NCBI GenBank assembly: GCA_963818745.1
Contig: CAWFTI010000001.1
Location: 236,452 to 300,451 of the forward strand
Length of the DNA: 64,000 nt
Reading direction: 5' to 3'
DNA from: Thermoplasmatota archaeon
GTDB lineage: Archaea > Thermoplasmatota > Thermoplasmata > UBA10834
The notes under the pieces are model-generated. The model worked only from the letters and a program-made list of their open reading frames with translations. It had not been told where the DNA came from and searched no databases. Below are positions 9,415 through 19,450 of the stretch, piece by piece. How positions within the stretch are numbered: position 1 is the stretch's first letter; each line of letters opens with the position of its first letter. Both the position numbers and the translations under genes were made by a program.

Positions 9415-10857
9415 ATGAGCGTGCTCTCGAGGGACGACATCGAGAAGGTGCACGGGGCGGCCCTGAGGCTGCTCTCTGAGGTAGGTGTGCGGGTCGAGAG
9501 CCCATCCGTGGTCAGGCTGTTGGCGGATGCGGGCGCGAAGGCCGACCTCGACAAAGGGCTGGTGTTCCTGTCAGAACGGATGATCTCTGACGCGCTCAGG
9601 AGCGCGCCGAGGAAGGTCCGGATATGCTCCCGGGGTGGGACCGACCACGAGATACCCAACGAGGGGGTGCAGCTGATATCCACGGACGGGCAGCCGCCCG
9701 CGGTGTTCGACGTCTCTACGGGAGTCAAGAGACCGTCGAAGCTGAAGGACCTGATCGATCTCACGATCATAGCAGATGCCCTCCCCGAGGTCGATTTCAT
9801 CTGGCCTCCGGTCGTGGCGACGGACATGCCTTCGGACAGGTCGTCGTACTTCGAGTTCTTGGCGTCCATCGCCCACTCGTCGAAGCACATACAGCACGGT
9901 GCGGCCACTGCGGACGAGGCGACGTTCCAGATAGAGATCTGTTCCGCCATCCTCGGGTCGACGGACGAGCTGAGGAAGAGGCCGATATTCTCCGACGTCT
10001 GCACCCCGATCTCGCCTCTGAGGTACGATGCCGGGGAGGCCGAGGCCTTGGTGACGCTCGCAAGGGCCGGCATCCCCGTGGTGAACCTATCCATGGCCAT
10101 CGCGGGTTCCGTGACGCCTGTGTCTCTCGCCGGCTCGCTCGCGGTGATCAACGCGGAGAACCTGTGCGGGCTGACCATCGTTCAGACTGCTGGCAGGGGA
10201 GCGCCTTCGATATACTCCTCGTTCTCGGGAGTGACTGATCTGAAGTCCGGGGTGTTCCTCTGCGGGACCCCCGAGGGGATGCTCCTCGACACGGCCGCGA
10301 TAGAGATGGCGAGGCACTACGGCCTCCCGTCGTGCGCGGGCGGACCTTCGAACGCATCGAGGTCCCTGTCGGCGGAGGCGGGGTACGAGAGCGCGATGAC
10401 CTCGATGGCCTCCATCCTCACGGGCTCGGACCTCTTGGTCGGGCTCGGGGGGCTCGACAGGGCGGGCATGGTCTCCCCGGAGAAGCTCGTGATGGACTGC
10501 GAGGTCTGGAGATGGCTCGAGCGGCTCAGGAAGGGGATCGCAATCGACGACGACTCGCTCGGACTCGAGGCGGTCAAGCGCCAGGGCCCAGGCGGGACCT
10601 TCCTGTCGGACCCTCACACTTTGAAGTTCATGCGGAAGGACCTGATGATACCGCAGGTGACGGCGTACCACGCGCCCGGTGCCGCGGACCACACGAAGGA
10701 CGACCTGATCGAGTTCGCCAAAAGGCGCGTGAAGGACATCCTCGCCACGCACAAGCCTCCGCTGCTCGAGAAAGCTGCAGCGGACAGGGTCGGGGCGGTC
10801 GCGAAGAAGTACGGCATACTGCACAAGGATGGTTCGCAGATATTCCGGCACGCGTGA
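9415..10857 (+). CDS. MttB-superfamily (trimethylamine methyltransferase-like) protein, non-pyrrolysine type
   Basis: MttB/COG5598-like sequence throughout (SRDDIEKVHGAALRLLSEVGVRV, LVGLGGLDRAGMVSPEKLVMD). Start is ATG 9415, or TTG 9400 behind GGAGGG. There is no in-frame TAG. Confidence 0.8.
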   Translation: MSVLSRDDIEKVHGAALRLLSEVGVRVESPSVVRLLADAGAKADLDKGLVFLSERMISDALRSAPRKVRICSRGGTDHEIPNEGVQLISTDGQPPAVFDVSTGVKRPSKLKDLIDLTIIADALPEVDFIWPPVVATDMPSDRSSYFEFLASIAHSSKHIQHGAATADEATFQIEICSAILGSTDELRKRPIFSDVCTPISPLRYDAGEAEALVTLARAGIPVVNLSMAIAGSVTPVSLAGSLAVINAENLCGLTIVQTAGRGAPSIYSSFSGVTDLKSGVFLCGTPEGMLLDTAAIEMARHYGLPSCAGGPSNASRSLSAEAGYESAMTSMASILTGSDLLVGLGGLDRAGMVSPEKLVMDCEVWRWLERLRKGIAIDDDSLGLEAVKRQGPGGTFLSDPHTLKFMRKDLMIPQVTAYHAPGAADHTKDDLIEFAKRRVKDILATHKPPLLEKAAADRVGAVAKKYGILHKDGSQIFRHA

Positions 10858-10860
10858 CGG

Positions 10861-12562
10861 TCATACCCGTCTCTTGAAGAGCTTCTCCAGGTCCGTCGGG
10901 GACAGCACTATCATGGTGGGCCTGCCGTGCTCGCAGGTGTACGGGCTCTCCGTCCGCATCAGGTCCGCCAGGAGCTGCCTCATGCGCGAGTTCGAGAGCG
11001 GCTCACCCGCCCTGATGGATGTGTGGCACGCGACCCTCCAGATGACCTCGAGCCCCAGCTTCTTGGGCGAGGGCATGTGCGCCAGGTCGCCCAGTATGTT
11101 CCTCAGTGCGGCCTCCCCCTGGGCCACCCCGAGCACCGTGGGTATGGACCTGAGCGCGAACGCGCCCTTGCCGAACGGCTCCGAGACGAACCCGGCCTTC
11201 TCGAGCGTGTCCCTGTGCTCCTCCAGCACCCTCGCCTCGGCCGCGGTCAGGCTTATCACGAGCGGCGTCAGGAGCCTCTGGGAGACCTCCTTGCCGGTCT
11301 TGAGGGAGTTCAGGACGCTCTCGTAGACCACCCGCTCCGAGGCCGCGTGCTGGTCTATCAGCAGAAGGTTGCCCCTCGATTCGGCGAGGATGTACGTGTT
11401 CATGATCTGCGCCAGCGGGACCACTATCGGGTGCTCCTCCCCGCCCCGGCCCTCATCGACCGCGAGCGTGGCCTGCGCCCCCTCGACCGCGTCCCTCGGA
11501 TGTATGACCGCGCTGGGCTCGAAGGATTCCGAGAACCTAGTGAGGTCGAACCTGAAGCTCAGGTCGGGGGCTTCCAAGGACCCCTCGACACATCTCTGGA
11601 TGAGCGAGAGGACCGACTGTTCGTCAACGAACTTGACCTCACGCTTCGCCGGATGGATGTTGACATCGACCGACGAGCCGTCCACGAATATGCGGATGAC
11701 GCCCATGGGGTACCTGTCCTTCATGAGCCTCGAACCGTACCCTTTCACGACCGAGTGAACGACCTTCGGGCTCCTGACCGGCCTGTCGTTGACGAACACG
11801 TGAACGTCGGACGGGGCGGCCCTGGTATGTTCCAGCCTGGCCAGATGGGCCTCCACCCTGACCCCCTCGCCCTCCGCCTGACCCGGTCATGATGTTCTCC
11901 GCGACCTTCGCTCCGAACGCGTTCGCGAGCGAGCCGTTCATCCCCTCCGCCGCGGAGTGCACCATCTCGGTGACGCCGTCGGACCTGAACGAGAACGATA
12001 TGCCGGGCCTGCACAGGATGTAGTCGACCATGACCTCCCTGCAGTGCGCGAGCTCGACGGATCTGGACTTGAGGTGCTTCCTCCTCGCGGGCACGTTGAA
12101 GAACAGCTCCTCGACAGCCACCTCTGTCCCCGGAGGGCAGCCCGCGGGAGACACGGAATCTATCCGGCCTCCGGTGAGTCGGACCTCGGTCCCTTCGTCG
12201 GTCCCGTGCTCCCGGGTCCTCATCACGATCTTGGACACCGACGCGATCGAGGACAAGGCCTCCCCTCTGAACCCGTACGTGGAGAGCCTGTCGAGGTCGT
12301 CGATCGCGGCTATCTTGCTGGTCGCGTGCCTGTCGAAGGCCGCCCGCGCATCCTCCCTGGACATCCCGGCCCCGTCGTCCCTGACCTCGATCGACCGCCT
12401 CCCGCCGTCCTCGACGGAGACGGTCACGGCGGTCGCGCCGGCGTCGAGCGCGTTCTCGACGAGCTCCTTGACGACCGATGCGGGCCTCTCGACGACCTCT
12501 CCCGCTGCGATCTTGTTGATGGTGGCGTCGTCGAGGACGGTAATCCTGCCCGTGTCAATCAC
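10861..12562 (-). CDS. mutL: DNA mismatch repair protein MutL (one +1 frame break near 11.88-11.89 kb)
   Basis: N-terminal GHKL ATPase half is in the frame of 11639..12562 (VVKELVENALDAG, DDGAGM, TYGFRGEAL). The rest is in the frame of 10861..11856 (HVFVNDRPV, NIHPAKREVKF, C-terminal dimerisation region). Junction: ..AENIM|..GQAEGEGVRVEAHLA. Confidence 0.85.
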
Positions 12563-12906
12563 CTGACTGGCCGGTTATAGCGTTCGCTGGCTTAAACCCT
12601 GCACACTTGTCCCCCGTCGACACCTCGACTCCACATGATGGGGACTCGTCGCCTCACAACGACCCTGCACGACGACCACTCTCGAAGAGACCTTGAGACG
12701 GTCCGGGATGAGTTGAACACGGCATGGCCGCCTCGAATCTGCTCCGCGACGAGCAATGGCCAAATCTGTACAGGAGGCATCCTGCCTGACTTTAAGAACG
12801 ATTCGGGTTTCAAGCACCATGCAAACGCTCAAGAACGGGTCCCCAAATGAGTGTTCGAGTATGGAAGCGCACCGCGACACCATGCATCAAGGACCGAGTG
12901 ACTCGC

Positions 12907-15900
12907 ATGACAGATTCCAAGCCTGGAGTCTCCGCCATAAGGAGACTCATGGATTGTCCTATGGACCAGCTCTATTCGGAGCTAGGCTCAGGCCCGAGAG
13001 GACTCTCTGTCAATGAGGTCGAGGAAAGGCTAGTGGAGCACGGTCCGAACATACTCCCTGAAGCGAAGAAGACGCCTCTAGCACGCAAGGCAGTCGCACA
13101 GGTCAAGAACCTCTTCAATGTCCTTCTGATAGTAGCCGCTGGACTCTCGTTCATCACGGGCATCGGCTCGAACGACGCGAGCTCCATCCAGATGGGGTTC
13201 GCAATCCTTCTGGTCGTCGTGGTCAGCGCGGTCTTCAGCCTGTTCCAGGAATACAGGGCCGAGCAGGCAGTGGAAGTCCTGAGACAGCTCGTCCCAGTCA
13301 ATGTCAGGGCGGTCAGGGAGGGCAAGGTCGTCCAAACGCATGCGTTCGAAATCGTGCCTGGAGACGTCATATCCCTCGAGGAGGGGGACAAGGTACCTGC
13401 AGACGCGCGGTTGGTGTCAGCGTTCCAGTTCTCCGTGGACAACTCCATACTCACTGGCGAGGCAGAACCGCAAACCAGGTTCGTCGAGTGCAGATGTCCA
13501 GATGACACGCCGATCGAAGCCGCATCGAACTTGGTCTTCGCAGGGACAACCGTCGCCTCTGGATCGGGGACGGCCGTGGTGCTTGCGACAGGCAGCCAAA
13601 CGCGCTTCGGCCAGGTCGTCGGAATCGCCAGGAGCATCGAGGAACCGGAGAGTCCGCTTCAGAAGGAGATCAACCACACAGCGAGGCTGAACTTCATCCT
13701 GGCCATCGGCATCGGGATCCTGTTCCTATTCATCGCTCTCCAGTTCCTGCATCTCACCATGGCAGAGAGTCTGTTGTTCATGATCGGGGTGATGGTCTGC
13801 GTCGTCCCGGAAGGGCTCCAGATAACTCTCACCCTCTCGCTCGCGATCAGCAGTCTGGCCATGTCAAAACGCAATGTTGTCGTCAAGAGACTCTCATCGG
13901 TCGAGACCCTCGGTTCCACGACGGTCATCTGCACGGACAAGACCGGAACCATCACGGAAGGCCAGATGACGGTCCGCAAGGTGTGGGCCGGAGGGGTCGT
14001 CTACGACGTGTCAGGGGAAGGGTACGAGCCCGAGGGAGCCATACTCATCGGCGAGAAGGAGACCACGCCCTCCGGCAGGGACGACCTTCGCGCCCTTTGC
14101 GAGGTGGCCGCCCTCGACAACAAGGCCACCCTTGTGCCGCCGCTAGACAGCAGGAAGCAGAGATGGACTGCGGTAGGAGACTCCACCGACGCCGCCCTGC
14201 TCGTGCTGGCTGCCAAGGCCGGGATCGAGCCGAAGAAGGCGCTCGAGGAGATGCCCAGGGTCGGATTCATGCCGTTCGACTCGAACAGGAAGATGATGAC
14301 GAGCATACACAGAAAGGCGGACGGCACCGTCACAGCATACTCCAAGGGCGCTGGGGGGGCCATCATCCCACGCTGCATCTCCGCCATCTGGGGGAACCAG
14401 ATCGTCCCCATGACAGCCGAACTCGTGGCCAAGGTCCAAGCTGAGATGGACGCCATGGCGCGCGAAGCGTACCGGGTGATCGCTCTCGCAATCCGGCCGC
14501 TTCCAGGCGCAGAGATGAAGTACGATTCCGAATCGGTCGAGGCGAATCTCACCTTCGTCGGGTTGGTCGGCATCCTGGACCCTCCCCGGCGGGACGTTGC
14601 CCAGGCCGTCGCCAAGGCCAGGAACGCCGGCGTGAAGATCGTGATGATGACCGGCGACCACGAGCTGACGGCAAAGTCGATTGCCAGCAAGGTCGGAATC
14701 ATCACATCTGCGGACCACTTCGTGATGTCCTGCGAGAAGTTGGACGAGGTCTCTGACGAGGCACTGTCGGACATCCTCAACGCGCCTGAGCTAGTATTCG
14801 CTCGAGTGACTCCCGAGCAGAAGTTGAGGATAGTCCGCGCCCTTCAGAAGAAGGGGGAGGTCGTCGCCGTTACCGGAGACGGTGTCAACGACGCCCCGGC
14901 TCTGCTCGAGGCGGACATAGGCATCGCAATGGGCATTACGGGTACCGATGTGGCGCGCGAATCAGCTGACATGGTCCTGCTCGACGACAACTTCGCGTCC
15001 ATAGTCAACGGCGTCGAAGTCGGGCGTTCCGTCTTCGACAACCTAGGCAAGTTCATCGTGTATGTATTCAGCCACAACTGGGCCGAACTCATAACGTTCA
15101 TCGTGTTCGTCTTGTTGCAGACGCCTCTCCCGCTCGCTGTCGTCGGCGTCCTGACCATCGATCTCGTTCTGGAGATCCTCCCATCCATCGCCCTGACGAT
15201 GGAGCCACCTGAACCCGGAATCATGGACCGTCCACCCAGGACCAAGAAGACCCGCCTGTTCGGAGTGAAGACGCTCGCCCGGTCGTGCTACATCGGGTCC
15301 GTCACTGGCGTGGTGGCCGTCCTGTGGTGCTTCCAGGTGTGGAGTGATGCGGGTTGGGCCCTCGGGTCATCGACGGTCGAAGACACGGGCGCCTATCTCC
15401 GGGGGATGACCGTGGTGCTCGTCGGCATCATGGCAGGCCAGCTCGGCAACCTGTTTGCCACACGCACGAACGTCAGGTCCGCATTCTCCATGAGCCTCGC
15501 GCGCAACAAGTGGTTGCTCCCGAGCCTCGCGGCCGAGCTCGCGATCCTGCTGGCCATAGTCTACGTCCCATTCCTGCATCCAGTCTTCGGAACGAACGGG
15601 ATAGACCCCACCCTATGGGTCTACCTCTTCACTCTCGCGCCAGCGATACTGGTCATGGAGGAGGTCAGGAAGTACGTCGTGAGGACCGTGATTCTGCCCG
15701 CGCCGGCTGTCGCAGTCCATGCGCCGATCCCAGTCACCTTCTCGCGGGAGGTCAGACGTGCCCGTCAGAAGGAGGCCGTGAGGAAACCCTTCGTGGAGGT
15801 CGGCGCTCCCGTCGTGCTCCTCGGCCTTTCGGTGCAGGGCATCCGAGATGCGCTCCCCGTGGCGGTCGGCCTGGCCGAGCAATCGGGTTCGAGGATCGTT

Positions 15901-16638
15901 GTCGTTTCGGAGAGCGGTCTGTCAGATGTGCAGAAGGCCTTCCTGTCATCAGAATCCATGGTGCCAATCGAGTCCGTCCACGTCGACATAGGCGAGAAGG
16001 CCAAGCGGCTCAATGCCGTCGCGCGCGGCGTGGACCGTTTCGCGGAGCGCGTCGGCGCGGAGATGGTCGTCGTCTCGGTGAACAGGGAGGCATTCTCCGG
16101 ACGCAGGAAGTCAGCCGATTGGATCAAGGAGCTTTCCGGCAGGCGCCTGGTCCTGGTAAGCGGGCCGCAGACGACATCAACTAAGCCCGAGCGACCGCAC
16201 AGGCTCCTCATCCCCGTTCTGGAGGAGTTCCACGCCGAGCCGTTCGCCCTCGCGGGGGCTCTGACGGCATCGTCGAATATCCCAGACGTGGACGTCGTGG
16301 CAGCGAGGTTCATCGAAATGCCGCCGACGATCCCGCTCTATTCCACCTATCGTCCTGAGTCGCTGGTCGACATGACCAAGGAACTTTCGTTCCTCAAGGT
16401 GCTAGGCGGGCTGCCAATCCTCGACAGGTTGACCGCCAGAGTCGTCCTCGTCAGGAAAACGGCAAGGGACCTGATGGAGTTCGCGGAGAAGAGGAGAGTC
16501 GACCTGATCGTCCTGAGCGGATCCTGGTCGAGAGGCGGGATGGGCTTCATGAGCAAGAGGGAGAGGGTCGTCGCAGCCAAGTCGACTTGCAGGGTGGCCA
16601 TAATGATTCCTGCTGAAACCCATCCACGCCCCCGCTGA
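12907..16638 (+). CDS. cation-transporting P-type ATPase (type II-like) fused to a ~310-aa C-terminal tandem USP-like extension
   Basis: PEGL (TM4), ICTDKTGTIT, MTGDH and TGDGVNDAPAL motifs. After the last TM (about 15.70 kb) there are two USP-like alpha/beta modules (..EMVVVSVN.., ..VDLIVLSGSWSRGG..CRVAIM). Start is ATG 12907. Confidence 0.85.
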   Translation: MTDSKPGVSAIRRLMDCPMDQLYSELGSGPRGLSVNEVEERLVEHGPNILPEAKKTPLARKAVAQVKNLFNVLLIVAAGLSFITGIGSNDASSIQMGFAILLVVVVSAVFSLFQEYRAEQAVEVLRQLVPVNVRAVREGKVVQTHAFEIVPGDVISLEEGDKVPADARLVSAFQFSVDNSILTGEAEPQTRFVECRCPDDTPIEAASNLVFAGTTVASGSGTAVVLATGSQTRFGQVVGIARSIEEPESPLQKEINHTARLNFILAIGIGILFLFIALQFLHLTMAESLLFMIGVMVCVVPEGLQITLTLSLAISSLAMSKRNVVVKRLSSVETLGSTTVICTDKTGTITEGQMTVRKVWAGGVVYDVSGEGYEPEGAILIGEKETTPSGRDDLRALCEVAALDNKATLVPPLDSRKQRWTAVGDSTDAALLVLAAKAGIEPKKALEEMPRVGFMPFDSNRKMMTSIHRKADGTVTAYSKGAGGAIIPRCISAIWGNQIVPMTAELVAKVQAEMDAMAREAYRVIALAIRPLPGAEMKYDSESVEANLTFVGLVGILDPPRRDVAQAVAKARNAGVKIVMMTGDHELTAKSIASKVGIITSADHFVMSCEKLDEVSDEALSDILNAPELVFARVTPEQKLRIVRALQKKGEVVAVTGDGVNDAPALLEADIGIAMGITGTDVARESADMVLLDDNFASIVNGVEVGRSVFDNLGKFIVYVFSHNWAELITFIVFVLLQTPLPLAVVGVLTIDLVLEILPSIALTMEPPEPGIMDRPPRTKKTRLFGVKTLARSCYIGSVTGVVAVLWCFQVWSDAGWALGSSTVEDTGAYLRGMTVVLVGIMAGQLGNLFATRTNVRSAFSMSLARNKWLLPSLAAELAILLAIVYVPFLHPVFGTNGIDPTLWVYLFTLAPAILVMEEVRKYVVRTVILPAPAVAVHAPIPVTFSREVRRARQKEAVRKPFVEVGAPVVLLGLSVQGIRDALPVAVGLAEQSGSRIVVVSESGLSDVQKAFLSSESMVPIESVHVDIGEKAKRLNAVARGVDRFAERVGAEMVVVSVNREAFSGRRKSADWIKELSGRRLVLVSGPQTTSTKPERPHRLLIPVLEEFHAEPFALAGALTASSNIPDVDVVAARFIEMPPTIPLYSTYRPESLVDMTKELSFLKVLGGLPILDRLTARVVLVRKTARDLMEFAEKRRVDLIVLSGSWSRGGMGFMSKRERVVAAKSTCRVAIMIPAETHPRPR

Positions 16639-16707
16639 GCAGCCTGCGGCCATGAGAAGAATCACGCGGCGCCGCGAAGCACGGTTGTGACGCACGAACT
16701 CGTCACT

Positions 16708-19308
16708 TCATCGAAGCCGTTTCTTCAGCTCGATGAGTTTGAGGTACGCCTCCATCGGCGTGAGCTTGCCGAGGTCCATCTTCCTGAGCTCCTGCTCGAT
16801 CTGTCGACAGCTGGCCTCCTCCTTCGCGGACGAGCATGGGTCTGCTTGTGCGACCTTCTTCCCGGCCTTGACCTCGAGCACGTTCTCCTCCTCGATCCTG
16901 CTCAGGACCTCCTCGGCCCTCCCGATGACCTCGTGCGGTATCCCCGCGAGCTTCGCGACCTGTATCCCGTAGCTCTTGTTGGCCTTCCCCTGGACGACCT
17001 TCCTCAGGAACACGATGTCCGAGCCCTGCTCCTTGACGGCCATCGAGAGGTTCCTCACGCCTTCGAGGGACTCCGACAGCTCGGTCAGGTGATGGTAGTG
17101 CGTGGCGAACAGGGTCTTCGCGCCCACCTTCGAGTGGTCGTACAGGTACTCCGAGACCGCCCACGCGATCGCGAGCCCGTCGAACGTGCTCGTGCCCCTG
17201 CCGACCTCATCTAGAAGGATCAGGCTCCTCTTGGAGGCGCTGTTGAGTATGTTCGCGAGCTCGGTCATCTCGACCATGAAGGTCGACTGCCCGCGCGCGA
17301 GGTCGTCGAACGCGCCCACGCGCGTGAACACGCGGTCCACGACGCCTATCTTCGCCTCCGACGCCGGCACGAACGACCCTATCTGGGCCATGAGGACGAT
17401 GTCCGCGATCTGCCTCAGGTAGGTGGATTTCCCGGCCATGTTCGGGCCCGTGAGTATGATCAGCCTGTTCAGGTTCGTGTCCATGTATGTATCGTTCGGC
17501 ACGAACGCCCCCCGGAGCACGCGCTCCACCACTGGGTGCCGGCCGTCCTTGATCATGATCGAATCCGACCCGTCGACCGTCGGCCTGCAGTATCTGTGGA
17601 CGACCGCGACCTCCGCGAACGACCTCAGGACGTCTATCTCCGCAATCGCACGCGCGACGGACCTGATGGCGTCCCCGCGCTTCGCGACCTCGTCCCTGAC
17701 CCTCGCGAACGCCTCGTACTCCAGGGCGAACGACCGCTCCTGAGCGGTCAGGATGGTCCTCTCGCGCTCCTTCAGCTCGGGCGTGACGTACCTCTCTCCT
17801 CCCGCGACGGTCTGCCTGCGCTCGTAGTCGGGCGGGACGACCTTCACGTTCGACTTCGAGACCTCGATGTAGTATCCGAACACGCTGTTGAAGCCCAGCT
17901 TGAGGTTCTTGATGCCCGTCCTCTTCCGCTCGGTCTCCTCGAGCCCGGCGATCCAATCCCTGCCTTCCCTGGCAGTGCCCCTGAGCTCGTCCAGAGCCTT
18001 GTCGAAGCCGTCCCTGACCAGCCCGCCCTCCTTGAGCGCGACCGGGGGGTCGTCCACGATCGCTCGCTCGATGAGCGAGACCACATCGGACACATCGACG
18101 AGCCGCTCGGATATCCCCCTGGGCAGTTCAGAACCGAGCTTCGACAGGAGCGATCTGATATCCGGCACCGCGGCGAGGCAGCCCTTCACCGCGATCAGGT
18201 CCCTCGCGTTCGCGCTCCCGTGCATCACCTTCGCGATCAGCCGCTCGAGGTCCCTGACCTCGTCCAGGGACGACGCGAGCCCGCTCCTCGCGACGGTGTT
18301 CGACACCAGTTCTCCGACTGCGTCCAGCCGCCGCTCGATCGAGGGCACGTCCATGAGAGGCTCCATGAGCCACTTCTTCAGCAGCCTGGAGCCCATCGGC
18401 GTCAGCGTGCGGTCCAGGACGGACACGAGCGTGTTCTCCTGGGAGCCGTCCCTGACGTTCCTGAGGACCTCGAGGTTCCGGATCGTGGTCTGGTCGAGCA
18501 CGAGCTTGTCCGTGACGGAGAAGTACTTCGGGGCCGAGAGGAACTCGAGCCCGCGCTTCTGAGTCGATTCGATATAGCGCAGGATGGCGCCCGCGCTGGA
18601 CACGGCGAGAGGCTTGTCCGCCAGCCCGAGCCCGTCCAGGGACTGGAGCTTGAAATGCCTCCTGAGGAGGGACTCGGAGGCCTCCTTGAGGAAGGCGATG
18701 TCGTCGACCATGGTCAGGGTCGCGCCCGAGACAGAGAACTCGTCCATAAGATGTCCCGAACCGAACCCCTCCTGGTGGAGTATCTCCTTCGGGTTCCGCT
18801 GCGCGAACTCGGCGAGCACCTTGCCCTCGAGGTCCTCGCCGTCCAGCTGGGTCGTCACGAACTCGCCCGTCGATATGTCCGCGAACGAGAGGCCGAAGCT
18901 CCCGTTGGATTCCGAGATCGCCATCAGGTAGTTGTTCGCGCGGCTGTCCAGGGCGGAGCTCTCGAGGACCGTGCCCGGCGTGACTATCCTGACCACGTCC
19001 CTGTCGACGATGCCCTTTGCGAACTTCGGGTCCTCGAGCTGCTCGCATATCGCGACCTTGTACCCTTTGTTGAGCAGCTTGGGCAGATAGGAGTCGAGCG
19101 CGTGCCACGGGACGCCGCAGAGCGGTATCCTCTCCTTCTTGCCCTTGTCCCTCGAGGTGAGCGTGATGCCGAGCTCCTTCGAGCCCACGACGGCGTCCTC
19201 GCCGAACATCTCGTAGAAGTCGCCGAGCCTGAAGAGCAGGAGGCAGTCCCTGTGGCTCTCCTTGATCCTGAAGTACTGTTCCATCAGCGGAGTGGTCGCC
19301 CTAGCCAC
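16708..19308 (-). CDS. mutS: DNA mismatch repair protein MutS
   Basis: Uninterrupted 866-aa ORF. Mismatch-binding N-terminus (LMEQYFRIKESH..FRLGDFYEMF), Walker A GPNMAGKSTYLRQ, STFMVEM and LLDEVGRGTSTFDG. Confidence 0.95.
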   Translation of the reverse strand: MARATTPLMEQYFRIKESHRDCLLLFRLGDFYEMFGEDAVVGSKELGITLTSRDKGKKERIPLCGVPWHALDSYLPKLLNKGYKVAICEQLEDPKFAKGIVDRDVVRIVTPGTVLESSALDSRANNYLMAISESNGSFGLSFADISTGEFVTTQLDGEDLEGKVLAEFAQRNPKEILHQEGFGSGHLMDEFSVSGATLTMVDDIAFLKEASESLLRRHFKLQSLDGLGLADKPLAVSSAGAILRYIESTQKRGLEFLSAPKYFSVTDKLVLDQTTIRNLEVLRNVRDGSQENTLVSVLDRTLTPMGSRLLKKWLMEPLMDVPSIERRLDAVGELVSNTVARSGLASSLDEVRDLERLIAKVMHGSANARDLIAVKGCLAAVPDIRSLLSKLGSELPRGISERLVDVSDVVSLIERAIVDDPPVALKEGGLVRDGFDKALDELRGTAREGRDWIAGLEETERKRTGIKNLKLGFNSVFGYYIEVSKSNVKVVPPDYERRQTVAGGERYVTPELKERERTILTAQERSFALEYEAFARVRDEVAKRGDAIRSVARAIAEIDVLRSFAEVAVVHRYCRPTVDGSDSIMIKDGRHPVVERVLRGAFVPNDTYMDTNLNRLIILTGPNMAGKSTYLRQIADIVLMAQIGSFVPASEAKIGVVDRVFTRVGAFDDLARGQSTFMVEMTELANILNSASKRSLILLDEVGRGTSTFDGLAIAWAVSEYLYDHSKVGAKTLFATHYHHLTELSESLEGVRNLSMAVKEQGSDIVFLRKVVQGKANKSYGIQVAKLAGIPHEVIGRAEEVLSRIEEENVLEVKAGKKVAQADPCSSAKEEASCRQIEQELRKMDLGKLTPMEAYLKLIELKKRLR

Positions 19309-19450
19309 CGTCCTGCTCCCCCGACGGAAAAAGACGAGGTGTGATATTTCTACTTATGGTCAGGGTTTGTGCAGACCGGAGAACGGAGACACACTACCAC
19401 ACATTCATATCCGTCCAAGCCATTCGAGATTCAGTCGCGGGGATGCACGA

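Noticed and set aside
9415-10857. A possible pyrrolysine (in-frame TAG) codon in the MttB homologue.
   Set aside because: The ORF is continuous with no internal amber codon, so it is a non-Pyl family member. Nothing in this window requires TAG read-through.
12563-12906. The 344-bp region between the mutL start and the ATPase start, with small ORFs (12575..12883, 12635..12850, 12756..13016), considered as a possible riboswitch, ncRNA or micro-gene.
   Set aside because: I could find no recognisable riboswitch consensus, stable extended structure, SD-preceded ORF or repeat. It contains a TATA-like CTTTAAGAAC about 110 nt upstream of ATG 12907, so it is most simply a divergent promoter/leader region.
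17536-19344. Very long ORFs antisense to or overlapping well-supported genes. Examples: 17536..19344 opposite mutS, 391..1281 and 1288..1947 opposite argS, 5974..7158 over purP, 28256..29605 and 28972..30915 (5' part) over the TetR-ABC operon, 32109..33344 over hdrB, 44076..45662 over AOR, 42301..43398 opposite arsA.
   Set aside because: These are typical high-GC shadow ORFs. They are Arg/Pro/Gly/His-rich with low-complexity translations and no recognisable motifs, and each overlaps a gene with clear family signatures in another frame.
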